DNA of 39,394 bases from a virus. Taxonomy: Duplodnaviria > Caudoviricetes. This document shows positions 8,620 through 17,437 of this stretch, in pieces (the first letter of the stretch is position 1; every line of letters starts with the position of its first letter). The position numbers and the translations under genes were made by a program. The stretch spans positions 1-39,394 of the IMG/VR virus record IMGVR_UViG_3300008255_000056; one strand, written 5' to 3'. Below the pieces are notes generated by a model. It did not search any database. It saw only the letters and a list, made by a program, of their open reading frames with translations, and was not told where the DNA came from.

Positions 8620-8826
8620 TTATTCAGTGAGTAGAGTATCATCCATCTCCTGCCTGATGTCCTCTAGGTCTTTGATGATGTCTGAGAGATATTCGGGCTC
8701 TCCATTCTCTAACTCATTCTTATCTCTCCTCATGTTTAGATTGCCGTAGTTCTTCTGAATCCATTCCAGAAAATAGATGTTTGAGGCTAGTCGCTTCTCC
8801 AGTAGTTTGATGTCTTCTGTTGTCAT
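8620..8826 (-). CDS. Hypothetical protein (start corrected to MTTEDIK at 8826)
   Basis: The ATG lies 5 nt after the upstream stop; last gene before the terminator. Confidence 0.6.
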   Translation of the reverse strand: MTTEDIKLLEKRLASNIYFLEWIQKNYGNLNMRRDKNELENGEPEYLSDIIKDLEDIRQEMDDTLLTE

Positions 8827-8831
8827 AGGCT

Positions 8832-9164
8832 TTAGAGTTCGTGAACACTTGGGCAAATAACATTGTAAAAGTCTGCTATTGTTTCCGCTTCTTGGTCGGT
8901 CAATTCTATCTCTTCGTATTCTCCCCAATCAGCTTTGTAGTAGACTCCTCCCACTAATTCACCTTCTCTATATCTGAGCTTGTAGCCGTCTTCAGGACCG
9001 CCCCAGCTGAGTAGCACCTTAATCTCCATCGTGGTATCAAATGAGAGCGGTTCTCGGTAGTCCTCGTGGTCTTGAGGCTCGTCTAATTTAGAGAGCTTCT
9101 TGATTGTTTTGAGCTCTTCGCTCAAGTTGTCAAATAATTCCTGTCTGGTTATTTTGTTAGCCAT
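8832..9164 (-). CDS. Hypothetical acidic early protein
   Basis: 110 aa with an LLSWGGP motif; operon context. Confidence 0.65.
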   Translation of the reverse strand: MANKITRQELFDNLSEELKTIKKLSKLDEPQDHEDYREPLSFDTTMEIKVLLSWGGPEDGYKLRYREGELVGGVYYKADWGEYEEIELTDQEAETIADFYNVICPSVHEL

Positions 9165-9286
9165 AGTATTAAAAATAAGATTGATAATGCGAAGTAAACA
9201 CGAGCGAGAATAGTCTCATGCTTGAGCTTCCCCTCGATGTCTCGGAGCCTCATTCTATAGCCCCTGTAAGTGTCTTTTGTTTCCAT
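9149..9286 (-). CDS. 45 aa membrane protein not in the ORF track
   Basis: METKDTYRGYRMRLRDIEGKLKHETILARVYFALSILFLILWLTK fills the gap between neighbours and has a hydrophobic C-terminus. Confidence 0.55.
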   Translation of the reverse strand: METKDTYRGYRMRLRDIEGKLKHETILARVYFALSILFLILWLTK

Positions 9287-9293
9287 ATTTGGG

Positions 9294-9614
9294 TTAGTAT
9301 TTAATAACTAGGATATTGGACTCGCTGACCTTTCGGACCTCGACCCAATCCTGACGATAGTATGAGTATTTTTTACCGCTGTCCCAGTCTGATTCAATTC
9401 CCATCTTGTAAATAAATCCTACATGGATGCCGTCCCCGATATAGATTTTTTCTCGTGTCTTCCCGTCGTAATTCTCTCGGAGATATTCCCGAACCTCTTC
9501 CAAGCTGTCACGCTTGATAGTCTCGTCGTAATAGGTGCGGAACCCCTCGGACTTGCTTCCCAGTTGCCTTGATGTGTGATTGATGATTATTTTGAAGTAG
9601 TTTATTGGTCTCAT
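9294..9614 (-). CDS. Hypothetical protein (start corrected to MRPINYF at 9614)
   Basis: ATGA overlap with the upstream stop at 9611. Confidence 0.65.
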   Translation of the reverse strand: MRPINYFKIIINHTSRQLGSKSEGFRTYYDETIKRDSLEEVREYLRENYDGKTREKIYIGDGIHVGFIYKMGIESDWDSGKKYSYYRQDWVEVRKVSESNILVIKY

Positions 9615-10081
9615 TTTGATAGTTTGGTAACTAATAATATGCCTGCGTTCTTGGAATACTCGCAGAGCTTTGAAGCCTTGCCCGTGTTGTAGTAACAAAG
9701 AGCCTCGGAGTCTGTATATCCTTTGTCTATTATCTTGCCCATATAGTCCATAAATTTGGAGATTTGAGCGTGAATAGAGTCAAAGCAATACTCGTCAAGA
9801 GCGACGTAGCCTATCTCATTGACCTTGCCTAGTGCTTTACAATCTAGGTGGTGCCCTGCTGGTGCTGTGCCGTTGTTGCTTTCCAGTTCGTGAACGATTC
9901 TATAGAGCTTCTCTAGTCTCTCGGTTTTCTTGTCCTTTGTTGGTGTCTCGTATGCTTGGACTTCCTGAGCCAGTGGGCTTAGTAGTGGCTGATTGTGCCA
10001 TTGAATGAAGCTGACAAGCTGAAGAGTGGCAAAGACAGAGAGCCAAGAGAATAGTAGAATTTTAGTGCTTTGATGTTTCAT
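9611..10081 (-). CDS. Membrane-anchored or secreted lysozyme-fold (SLT-like) protein
   Basis: N-terminal hydrophobic segment; VHELESNNG (catalytic ES) and ALCYYNTG (AL..YN.G) motifs. Confidence 0.5.
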   Translation of the reverse strand: MKHQSTKILLFSWLSVFATLQLVSFIQWHNQPLLSPLAQEVQAYETPTKDKKTERLEKLYRIVHELESNNGTAPAGHHLDCKALGKVNEIGYVALDEYCFDSIHAQISKFMDYMGKIIDKGYTDSEALCYYNTGKASKLCEYSKNAGILLVTKLSK

Positions 10082-10283
10082 ATTGTTTGGTTTTAACTGT
10101 TAATCTTTCGACAACCCTGTCACCCTCTTTGATTAAAATGGTTCTATACCTTAGTTGTCTTGTGTTCCAAGCCTTGAGCCCTGCTTGGTGTCGGGTGTTT
10201 TCTCTTTCTCTTTTGATAGCGTGGAGCTTTACAAGTCCCATGAATCCAAAGAGTAGAGCAGTAAAAATGATTTGTGCTGTCAT
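10062..10283 (-). CDS. Small protein with N-terminal transmembrane segment
   Basis: First gene of the early operon; hydrophobic N-terminus and basic tail. Confidence 0.6.
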   Translation of the reverse strand: MTAQIIFTALLFGFMGLVKLHAIKRERENTRHQAGLKAWNTRQLRYRTILIKEGDRVVERLTVKTKQYETSKH

Positions 10284-10344
10284 AGTCTTTTAGATGATTG
10301 ATAATGTCTGTAGATTGTCAATGTTCGGTGTCTCGTTTGCTTTC

Positions 10345-10387
10345 CTTGACTACTTACATACTAACATTGTGTAAGTGAATAGTCAAG
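10345..10387 (-). promoter_or_regulatory. Early promoter embedded in an imperfect palindrome
   Basis: Minus strand TTGACT-17-(TG)TAGTAT; arms CTTGACTA-CTTACA ... TGTAAG-(TGAA)-TAGTCAAG. Confidence 0.65.
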
Positions 10388-10476
10388 TGATATAGGACAA
10401 AGCACCCATATAAAATGAGGCTAGATAGTCTTGAATGGCGAGCTTATAGTTGTTTGAAATGGCGAGCCTCCAACAC

Positions 10477-13400
10477 TTAGGCTGAGGTCTCAACTCTCTT
10501 CTTTGGTTTCGTCTTCGGCTGATACAAAGCTACACCCTTCTTCTTCTTGGTGGTAGGGATTTTGATAGAGGCAACCGAGGGGAGTTTGATTGGAGTAGTC
10601 TTTGGAAGTGAGATTGTTGGCAAAGAGATTTTCTTTACAGCCAGCTTAGGAAGAGAGACTCCTTTGACTCCAGTGCTACTAACCTTGAGCCCTTGTAGTC
10701 CTCTTGAAACGGCTGGTAGATTTGAGGTGGTAATCTTATTCGCTTTGGGTAGCACAATCTTACTGGCATCATTAAGCAGGTTCTGTCTTGCCTTCTCAAG
10801 GTTAGTGTTGATAGTCTCTGCGTTCTCTGGTGCTAGTTCCAAGAGTTTTTGTTTTGTCTCTTCAATTATCTTGGCGGCGTTCTCTCGGTATAGTTGGACC
10901 GCTCTCTGTTTGAAAGCATCGTCATACTGTGGGTCTCCGAGAATCATCTTCAGTTTGTCCTTTCCAGTATTTATTTTGTTGAGCTGAGATTGAATCTCTT
11001 GCTGAGTAGAGAGCTTGGTGTAAACCTCTTGAGCTAGAGCTGGGTCTTGAGACTGTAGGTTCTTGAGGATGAGTGAGTTCTTGGTTGACTGTGAAACACC
11101 ACCCTCTTCAAAAAAGTTCTGTGCTTCTGGAAATGAGTAGCGACCAAACAAAACACCACGAAGTAGGTTAGGGATGTCTTTCTCAATCATGTATTTAATC
11201 TTGCCAGCTTTGTCTTCAGCGAATCCTTGAATGTAATCCTTGGCTCCAGCCAGTGACTTCTTGATTTGTCCACCACCACCAGGAGGCAGGTAGGACAGAG
11301 CTGTGCCAGCAAGAGCACCGAGTGGATTGTCTTGGAGTTCTTGAACAGTGGGGAGTTGTGAGGTGAGGGGGATTGAACCTCCACCAACTGCGGTCTGGAC
11401 AAATGGAATGTATTCCGCAATCTTCTTGCTGATTTTCTGGAGCTTCACATTCGGCTGGTCACTGGACCCTGCTTCTTCTGCCGTGAAAGAGAGAGCATCA
11501 ATGGGGTCAAATGCTGGTCGTCTGCCAGTCATAGTCTCAAAGACATTGTTGAATAGCCACGAGTAGATGGCAACCTGACCAAGCATGGAGGCGAGCTTCA
11601 ACTTATTGTCTTCACTCATGTTAGGAATATCCTTGGCGATGAAGGACATTTGGTTATTTATTTCCAATTGGAACTGAGTGAAGAGTCCGACCACTCCCTG
11701 ATTCTGGAAGAGCTGGGGCATCTGTCCGAACGAGCGGTCTCCCATGACACGAGCGGCATATTGGTCAGCCATGCTCATCGCCTCTTCAGGAGCAAAGCCT
11801 TGAGCTTTCTTCTCAAAGTATTTACCAGCTACGATTGTGTTGGCTGAGAACTTATCTAGTGCTTCAAAAATCCAGCCCATCTTTTTACCTGTATCTTGCC
11901 AGAGAGTGGGAGCCAGTGGTCCTTGAGGGAATCTATTGGTCAGGAATTGAGAGGGGATTTCGTCAATCACAAACTTATCCACACCAGTGAACGGCTTCAG
12001 GGTTGAGTCCACCAATCCACTGAGGAACGCTTTCTTACTTGTGGTGGCGGCGGCTTGAGTCAATGGAATAAAGTTAGTGAGAGCAGAGCTTAGATTTCCT
12101 GCTACCATGTTGGCGGATGTTTGTTTCTTGGCGAGGTCAATCCATCCGAAGAAGCCACGACCAAACAAACCTTCTGTGCCACGAGCCATGAGGGATTTTT
12201 TTCCAGCTAGTGTATTGACATAATCACCTAGCCAAGCTGTGAAGTTGGAGGCGAACGATTGAGGTAGGTCTTGATTTTTCTGGACCGCTTCACGCAGGAC
12301 TCGCTCTAAGGCTCGCCCTCTCTGAACAGTTTCGGTTCTATAGATTTGGTTAGCGGCAGGGATGAGGTATCTGTCCACAGCTCCAATAGCTGACTCAACA
12401 GTTTCAGTTCCAAGACGAGGTTGTGCGAATTTGAAGAATTGTTTGCCAGGCTTGAAGTCAGCTGTCAATCCGTTTATCCAGGTGGGTAGGGATTCACTAC
12501 GAGTTATGTTGCCAATAGCATCAAGAAGACCACCAAGTTCTTGAAAATGTGTGTAGTAGTTTTGTCTTTTTGCTACTGGCTCAAACCCATACTTGGTTAT
12601 TTCATCGTTGATTTGAACCAAGAGCTTGTCATAGAGCTGGCGGAAATACCCATCTGCTTGGACTACCTTCTGCCAGTCTGGGGTAGCCGCTTTCAATTCG
12701 TCAAGTGTCATTTGTTTCTCGCCATACTTCATCACCAAGGCATCAAGTTCGGACTTGGGTTTGATTCCAAGGTCGTCAATAATGTTGGCTCGGATTTCAT
12801 TTTTGATTCCATCCACAAAGTTGTTTACCTTCATGGTGTCCTCAGCCACACGATTGAAGAAGAAGTCTTTCCATTCCTGTGCGTTCTCTCCTGCTACTGC
12901 CTCAATGTTTCTACCTGGTGTTTCACGATTGAATCCAAGAGTGGCTAGTAAACCTTCTCGGTCTTTCAAACTCTCCACACTCTTGAGAATTGTTGGAGGA
13001 ACCTTGATGTCACCCTTGCCAGCCAGGTCTATGGTCTCAGCCTTCAGCTCTTTCTGGTAGACCTTATCCATTCTGGTCCCGACGGCTTTGTTTTTGATTT
13101 CAAGTTGTTTTGGTGTGATGAGTCCGAACTCTTCGTTCATTGATTTCTGTAGACCTTTCTCAATTTCGGCGAACTCTTTCTTTGAAGTGGTTCCACCAGG
13201 CACAAAGTTAGTGACCTTGCTCGGCAGTTCAACAACCACATCAGCTTTCTTAATTCCAAGTTCGTTCATAGCTGTGAGTCGGTGTCCACCATCAAGGACT
13301 TCTCCCTTTGGAGTGACTACGATTGGGTCCATTGGTTCACCAGCCCGAATCATCTGCTTGTATTGCTCCACTCTGTCTCGGAATACTTCATCGCCTTTTG

Positions 13401-14562
13401 TCTCCAGAGTTTTGACCAGCGACTCCACATCACGCTGACCACCCGAAGTGGCTTTGTCTAGTGTGCGTGCGAACTCATCTGGATTATTGAAGACTGGTTT
13501 GAAGTTGGGTTTGATTGAGGGCATTTCAATTCCCGATTGTTTCCTAGCGATGTCGGTCAACTTGATTCCTGTCTTCTCAATTTGAGGAGAAGGAAGTGTG
13601 TTCTTGAATCCGTCAAAGACATTGGCAACGAGCTTGTCTCCTTGTCTCTGGAGAACATATCCCTCACCAGTCACTGGAATCTTTTCTTTGAGCACGCTTT
13701 CCAGTGTGTCCTTAGCGACATTGTATTTTTTGGTGAGGGCATCCATTACTTTTCCGAACTCCAATTTGATTGGTTCTTCGAGACTGTCGGCTGATACTGG
13801 TTGGAGTTTGAACTCACGAGAGATGGCTGAGATGATGTCATCAGCTGAGTTCAGGGCAATCTTCTCAGCTTCCTTGCCACCAAGTTTGATACCGATTTTC
13901 TCAAGTTGTTTTGTTCCAGCATTTCTCAGAATATCATCAACACCAGGGACCGAGACATCCAGTAGACCACCAGCTATCAAGCCACCATAAACCAGAGGAG
14001 ACACAGCTCCCTTGGGTAGTCCATACTTCTCAGCAAGTGGAGTGAGTTGCTCAATTTTCTCAGGTGCTCTGGCTTGGATTGTCCTCAATGGTTTGTCTCC
14101 ATAAAGAAATCTACTGATAGCATCTGAACCAGGTTGGACATCGGGACTCTTTACATTGGCGAGATAGTCCATGAGACTTCTTGGGACCTCATTGAATCCT
14201 CTGAAGACAGGCTGGACCACAGTTTCCCTTGCTAGATTTCCAACATCACCGAGGTTGTATTGTTTAGGAAGTTCAGTGACATCACCAGTTTGCCAGTAGA
14301 TTTTTTTAGGAGTGACAGGGACATTGGCGACTGCGTTCTTCACACTAGCAAGTAGGTCTCCAAGATTGCTCGTCACCGCTTTCGGAGTGAAGGTAGGGTT
14401 GGGTGACAGCTGTGCTGAAGGAGCACTTACAGGGGGTATAGATACCTGTGGAGTAGGAATGTTTTGGAGTTTGAGTGGGGGTATGTTCAGACCTTGAGGT
14501 GTTAGCTCATCGTCTTTCTTCTTTTTGAACAATCCCCTAATAGAGTTTAATAAACCATCCAT
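10477..14562 (-). CDS. Large internal virion / DNA-ejection (polyvalent) protein with an embedded ParB/Srx-like domain
   Basis: 1361 aa, predicted helical. MDPIVVTPKGEVLDGGHRLTAM is the ParB-N DGxHR motif. The C-terminal half resembles podophage injected proteins, and the gene carries the virion-gene promoter motif. Confidence 0.65.
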   Translation of the reverse strand: MDGLLNSIRGLFKKKKDDELTPQGLNIPPLKLQNIPTPQVSIPPVSAPSAQLSPNPTFTPKAVTSNLGDLLASVKNAVANVPVTPKKIYWQTGDVTELPKQYNLGDVGNLARETVVQPVFRGFNEVPRSLMDYLANVKSPDVQPGSDAISRFLYGDKPLRTIQARAPEKIEQLTPLAEKYGLPKGAVSPLVYGGLIAGGLLDVSVPGVDDILRNAGTKQLEKIGIKLGGKEAEKIALNSADDIISAISREFKLQPVSADSLEEPIKLEFGKVMDALTKKYNVAKDTLESVLKEKIPVTGEGYVLQRQGDKLVANVFDGFKNTLPSPQIEKTGIKLTDIARKQSGIEMPSIKPNFKPVFNNPDEFARTLDKATSGGQRDVESLVKTLETKGDEVFRDRVEQYKQMIRAGEPMDPIVVTPKGEVLDGGHRLTAMNELGIKKADVVVELPSKVTNFVPGGTTSKKEFAEIEKGLQKSMNEEFGLITPKQLEIKNKAVGTRMDKVYQKELKAETIDLAGKGDIKVPPTILKSVESLKDREGLLATLGFNRETPGRNIEAVAGENAQEWKDFFFNRVAEDTMKVNNFVDGIKNEIRANIIDDLGIKPKSELDALVMKYGEKQMTLDELKAATPDWQKVVQADGYFRQLYDKLLVQINDEITKYGFEPVAKRQNYYTHFQELGGLLDAIGNITRSESLPTWINGLTADFKPGKQFFKFAQPRLGTETVESAIGAVDRYLIPAANQIYRTETVQRGRALERVLREAVQKNQDLPQSFASNFTAWLGDYVNTLAGKKSLMARGTEGLFGRGFFGWIDLAKKQTSANMVAGNLSSALTNFIPLTQAAATTSKKAFLSGLVDSTLKPFTGVDKFVIDEIPSQFLTNRFPQGPLAPTLWQDTGKKMGWIFEALDKFSANTIVAGKYFEKKAQGFAPEEAMSMADQYAARVMGDRSFGQMPQLFQNQGVVGLFTQFQLEINNQMSFIAKDIPNMSEDNKLKLASMLGQVAIYSWLFNNVFETMTGRRPAFDPIDALSFTAEEAGSSDQPNVKLQKISKKIAEYIPFVQTAVGGGSIPLTSQLPTVQELQDNPLGALAGTALSYLPPGGGGQIKKSLAGAKDYIQGFAEDKAGKIKYMIEKDIPNLLRGVLFGRYSFPEAQNFFEEGGVSQSTKNSLILKNLQSQDPALAQEVYTKLSTQQEIQSQLNKINTGKDKLKMILGDPQYDDAFKQRAVQLYRENAAKIIEETKQKLLELAPENAETINTNLEKARQNLLNDASKIVLPKANKITTSNLPAVSRGLQGLKVSSTGVKGVSLPKLAVKKISLPTISLPKTTPIKLPSVASIKIPTTKKKKGVALYQPKTKPKKRVETSA

Positions 14563-14602
14563 AAGGAGATTGTATAATTTTTGAGCTTGTCAGGACAACG
14601 AC

Positions 14603-16255
14603 CTACATACCCAAAGCGTTCTTGATGCTCTCGTCAAAACTTCCAGCTGGTGCTTTTGTAGTTCCACCAAACATGGAGCCATATCCCAAGTCTGAAGCGG
14701 CGGTGTTTAGAGCAGAGCTAGGAAGTAAGTCACTGGCAAAGTCTCCAGTCTGTCTGGCTTTGGCGAGTTCGGCGGCTTGCTGTAATGCGATGTTCTGTGC
14801 TCCACCTTGTGTGATTGGGATGTAGATGTCTTCCCCTGTGGTTGGAAGTTTCCCGTGGACGAATAGACCTTGCTCACCCTTACCATTTGAAGTTGTCATC
14901 TCTCCACCAGAACCAAGGATTTGTTTTGTCAAAGCAAATTGCTGAGAGTAGTTGCTGATGTTTCCTTGAGCACTACTGACTTTACCAGCGGCGGCAACTG
15001 CGACAGCCTGCTCCAATTGTTTCTTGGATTGTTCAAGCCATAAACCATAAGCCAGCTTCTGGTCTCTGATTTTGTTCTCGGTATTTATTTTGAGGGAGTT
15101 TGCTTGGGTAATGGCTGAATCAATGTCGGCTAGTTTCTTGTTTAGAGCCACACCTTCTTGACCTTGAATCTCACCAATTCTACCTCTCAACCAGGTGTCA
15201 ACATCACGAGCGGCTCTCTTGCCAGACTCATCTAGCTTGGTGGCTTCTGCTCCATAGAATCTAACAGTCTCGTTGACGGCATCAGCAAAATCACCAAGGG
15301 CATTTGTCTTACTAACTGCCAATTGCTTGAGACCTTTGTTGAAATCCATGAGGACTTTTGTTTCTTCACCTGCGGCGAAAGAAGAGTCTTGAGCTCCACG
15401 AGCTCTCATCATTCTTTGAACCTGGAGAGACATATCTTTCCAGTTACGAGCTAGGGTGTCGGCAGTTTGTTCTGTCTCACCGATGAATCCTTCTTTTTGT
15501 TTTTCAATTGAGGCAGTCTCTCTGGCTTTCTTAGCTTCAAGTTCCGAGAGTCCTGATGTGGTGTCGGTAGCGATGTCGGTCTTTTGCTGTTCAGCTAGAG
15601 TTCCAGCTTCAGCTTTTTGTCCACGAAGAGCTTCAAGAATTGTGTTGTATTCTCTGTCGGCTCTGGCTGTGGCACGAGCCTCAATGTCGGCGGCGAGAGC
15701 GTTAGTGTCGCTTCTACCATCTCTGGCGTATTCGTCTAGTAAGTCTTGGACATCTTGGTCTCCCATGTATTTTCCGTAGACAGAATCTTTGACCGACTGT
15801 TTGATTGCTCCAGCATCAAACTTTTCTCCTCCACCATTACCACCATCTCCACCACCAGTAGCGACAGGTTTGTAGTTTCCAGCGGCGATGTCAGATTTGA
15901 TAGCGGCTTCATCGGTCCATCCCCTGGATTTGTAGTCTTGAACAATTTGGTCGTAGGTTTTTTGCCCTTCAGCTGGTAATGCGTATTGAACATTCTGGGA
16001 AGTATAGACAGGTTTCAGGTTCAAAGAAGGAGTTGTCTTGTTAAGCTCAGCAGTCCTAGTGGTCATGGTTTCAACCTGTTGCTGGGGTGTAAGAGCGGCA
16101 CTGCCTTTTGATTCAAGAGCTTCAGAATAACCCTTCTCAGGGAAGATGTCTCCAGTCAATTTACCCACAACATCAATTGCTTTACCCACTTTTCCTTGGG
16201 CGGAAGCCAAGAGCCTGTTACTAGATGCTTTGATTGAATCCATTATTGATGCCAT
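14603..16255 (-). CDS. Probable DNA-ejection protein, coiled-coil rich (start corrected to MASIMDS at 16255)
   Basis: Ala/Gln/Lys-rich helical protein next to the large ejection protein; TTGACT-17-TTCAAT-6-ATG defines the start. Confidence 0.55.
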   Translation of the reverse strand: MASIMDSIKASSNRLLASAQGKVGKAIDVVGKLTGDIFPEKGYSEALESKGSAALTPQQQVETMTTRTAELNKTTPSLNLKPVYTSQNVQYALPAEGQKTYDQIVQDYKSRGWTDEAAIKSDIAAGNYKPVATGGGDGGNGGGEKFDAGAIKQSVKDSVYGKYMGDQDVQDLLDEYARDGRSDTNALAADIEARATARADREYNTILEALRGQKAEAGTLAEQQKTDIATDTTSGLSELEAKKARETASIEKQKEGFIGETEQTADTLARNWKDMSLQVQRMMRARGAQDSSFAAGEETKVLMDFNKGLKQLAVSKTNALGDFADAVNETVRFYGAEATKLDESGKRAARDVDTWLRGRIGEIQGQEGVALNKKLADIDSAITQANSLKINTENKIRDQKLAYGLWLEQSKKQLEQAVAVAAAGKVSSAQGNISNYSQQFALTKQILGSGGEMTTSNGKGEQGLFVHGKLPTTGEDIYIPITQGGAQNIALQQAAELAKARQTGDFASDLLPSSALNTAASDLGYGSMFGGTTKAPAGSFDESIKNALGM

Positions 16256-16426
16256 GAGTGTATTGAATAATTTTAGATTTTCCAAGTCAAGTCAGAGTTC
16301 ACTCTCGGATGCCGCAAAAAAGCCGCAATTCTGAGCAAATAAACCGCAATCATGTTACAGTTTGACACATTCGCAATAGTGTTGTAAAATTGACAAGATG
16401 TAAGTAGTTCATTAAACTGAGGTAAA
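16256..16426. promoter_or_regulatory. Divergent control region with tandem rightward promoters and phased repeats
   Basis: TTGACA(16362)-17-TAAAAT and TTGACA(16390)-17-TAAACT-8-GTG; GCAA cores at 16314, 16325, 16335 and 16346. Confidence 0.7.
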
Positions 16427-16726
16427 GTGATATACCTACTGAATAAATTTGACCCTGAACTGTTTTTCCAAAAAGAGGATAGCAGGATTCTGGTCTTTCA
16501 TTTTTGGGAAGCTACCGAATCACGGATTCAAGAAGTGATGAGGAACAATAGGCTCAGAAGTATATTCAGTAAGCAGGAGGTCATCAACCTCTTTGATGTC
16601 AAACAGAAGATTCAGATGGTTCAGACCAATAAAATCAGGCTCAAGCTGTATGACAGACTTATCATCTGGACACCAACAGGGAGATACTTCATCATAGAAA
16701 TTACAAAATACATAAGCGTAAAATGA
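16427..16726 (+). CDS. Hypothetical protein
   Basis: GTG start 8 nt after a -10 box; coupled to the next gene. Confidence 0.55.
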   Translation: MIYLLNKFDPELFFQKEDSRILVFHFWEATESRIQEVMRNNRLRSIFSKQEVINLFDVKQKIQMVQTNKIRLKLYDRLIIWTPTGRYFIIEITKYISVK

Positions 16727-17019
16727 AAAAACTTTGGGCCGTAATCAAGAAAATTTTATTCCTCTTCGGGGGAGCTTATCTGTGGTTTATGTTTGCCTAC
16801 CACACTCTCTACCGAGATGAGTGGGCTCTCAGTGCTACTGGAGGAAACCCACTTCCCAATGAGTGGACCTTCATTCTTCTTCCAGTCATGGTCGCCATTG
16901 TCTTTCCAGAGGGCTTCAACCTAAAAGGATTCTGGAAGGTTATATTTATCTCAGTCATCGTAATTTTATCCCTAATCGGAATGTTATTCTTTATGACCAC
17001 GATGAGCTCAAAATCATGA
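16723..17019 (+). CDS. Small integral membrane protein (about 3 TM)
   Basis: Three hydrophobic stretches. Confidence 0.65.
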   Translation: MKKLWAVIKKILFLFGGAYLWFMFAYHTLYRDEWALSATGGNPLPNEWTFILLPVMVAIVFPEGFNLKGFWKVIFISVIVILSLIGMLFFMTTMSSKS

Positions 17020-17285
17020 ACGAAACAAAACTAGCCAATCTATTCAAACAGTATGAGGAACTCATGAGTATTGTCCGAAAGAATCGGAAACAAATCCGTG
17101 CTAAACTATCCGAAAACCAAACAGCACGATTGGCAGTTGATGGTTTGAAAAAAGAAATCAAGCAAGAAGTAGAGAAGATAATGACCCAGGAAAATAAGAA
17201 TCTCTACCAGATTGCCATTGAATCTTTTGGAGAAATTGACAAACGATTCCATATACTTTTCACCCTCCTTTCTCGCACGAAATAG
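17016..17285 (+). CDS. Hypothetical helical protein (start corrected to MNETKLA at 17016)
   Basis: ATGA overlap with the upstream stop. Confidence 0.6.
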   Translation: MNETKLANLFKQYEELMSIVRKNRKQIRAKLSENQTARLAVDGLKKEIKQEVEKIMTQENKNLYQIAIESFGEIDKRFHILFTLLSRTK

Positions 17286-17326
17286 ACCTTGACATCTATC
17301 CGATACTGTGTGCTACATTGGAGGTA

Positions 17327-17437
17327 ATGCTAATTCCAAACCCCCAACTTTTAGTAACCAGCAAGCCCATTCCTCACCACAGGGGATTAGCATTTTTTGT
17401 GGCAAGAGGCGTGGGCTTGGTGTTTATTAAAAAGTAA
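17327..17437 (+). other. Structured leader / 36 aa uORF directly upstream of the replication initiator
   Basis: MLIPNPQLLVTSKPIPHHRGLAFFVARGVGLVFIKK, whose TAA abuts the initiator ATG. A long hairpin spans 17347-17435 and its loop is complementary to 17326-17337. Confidence 0.6.

Noticed and set aside
8401-8642. ORFs 8401..8634 (+) and 8448..8642 (-)
   Set aside because: Both run across the early-operon terminator and hairpins and have atypical composition.
10434-10467. Direct repeat AATGGCGAGC x2 between the ejection gene and the early promoter
   Set aside because: Only two copies were seen, with no other support; it could be a binding site but is too weak to call.
17320-17325. GGAGGT as a Shine-Dalgarno sequence for the uORF
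   Set aside because: It is only 1 nt from the ATG and lies between the -10 box and the predicted start site, so it is mostly untranscribed.
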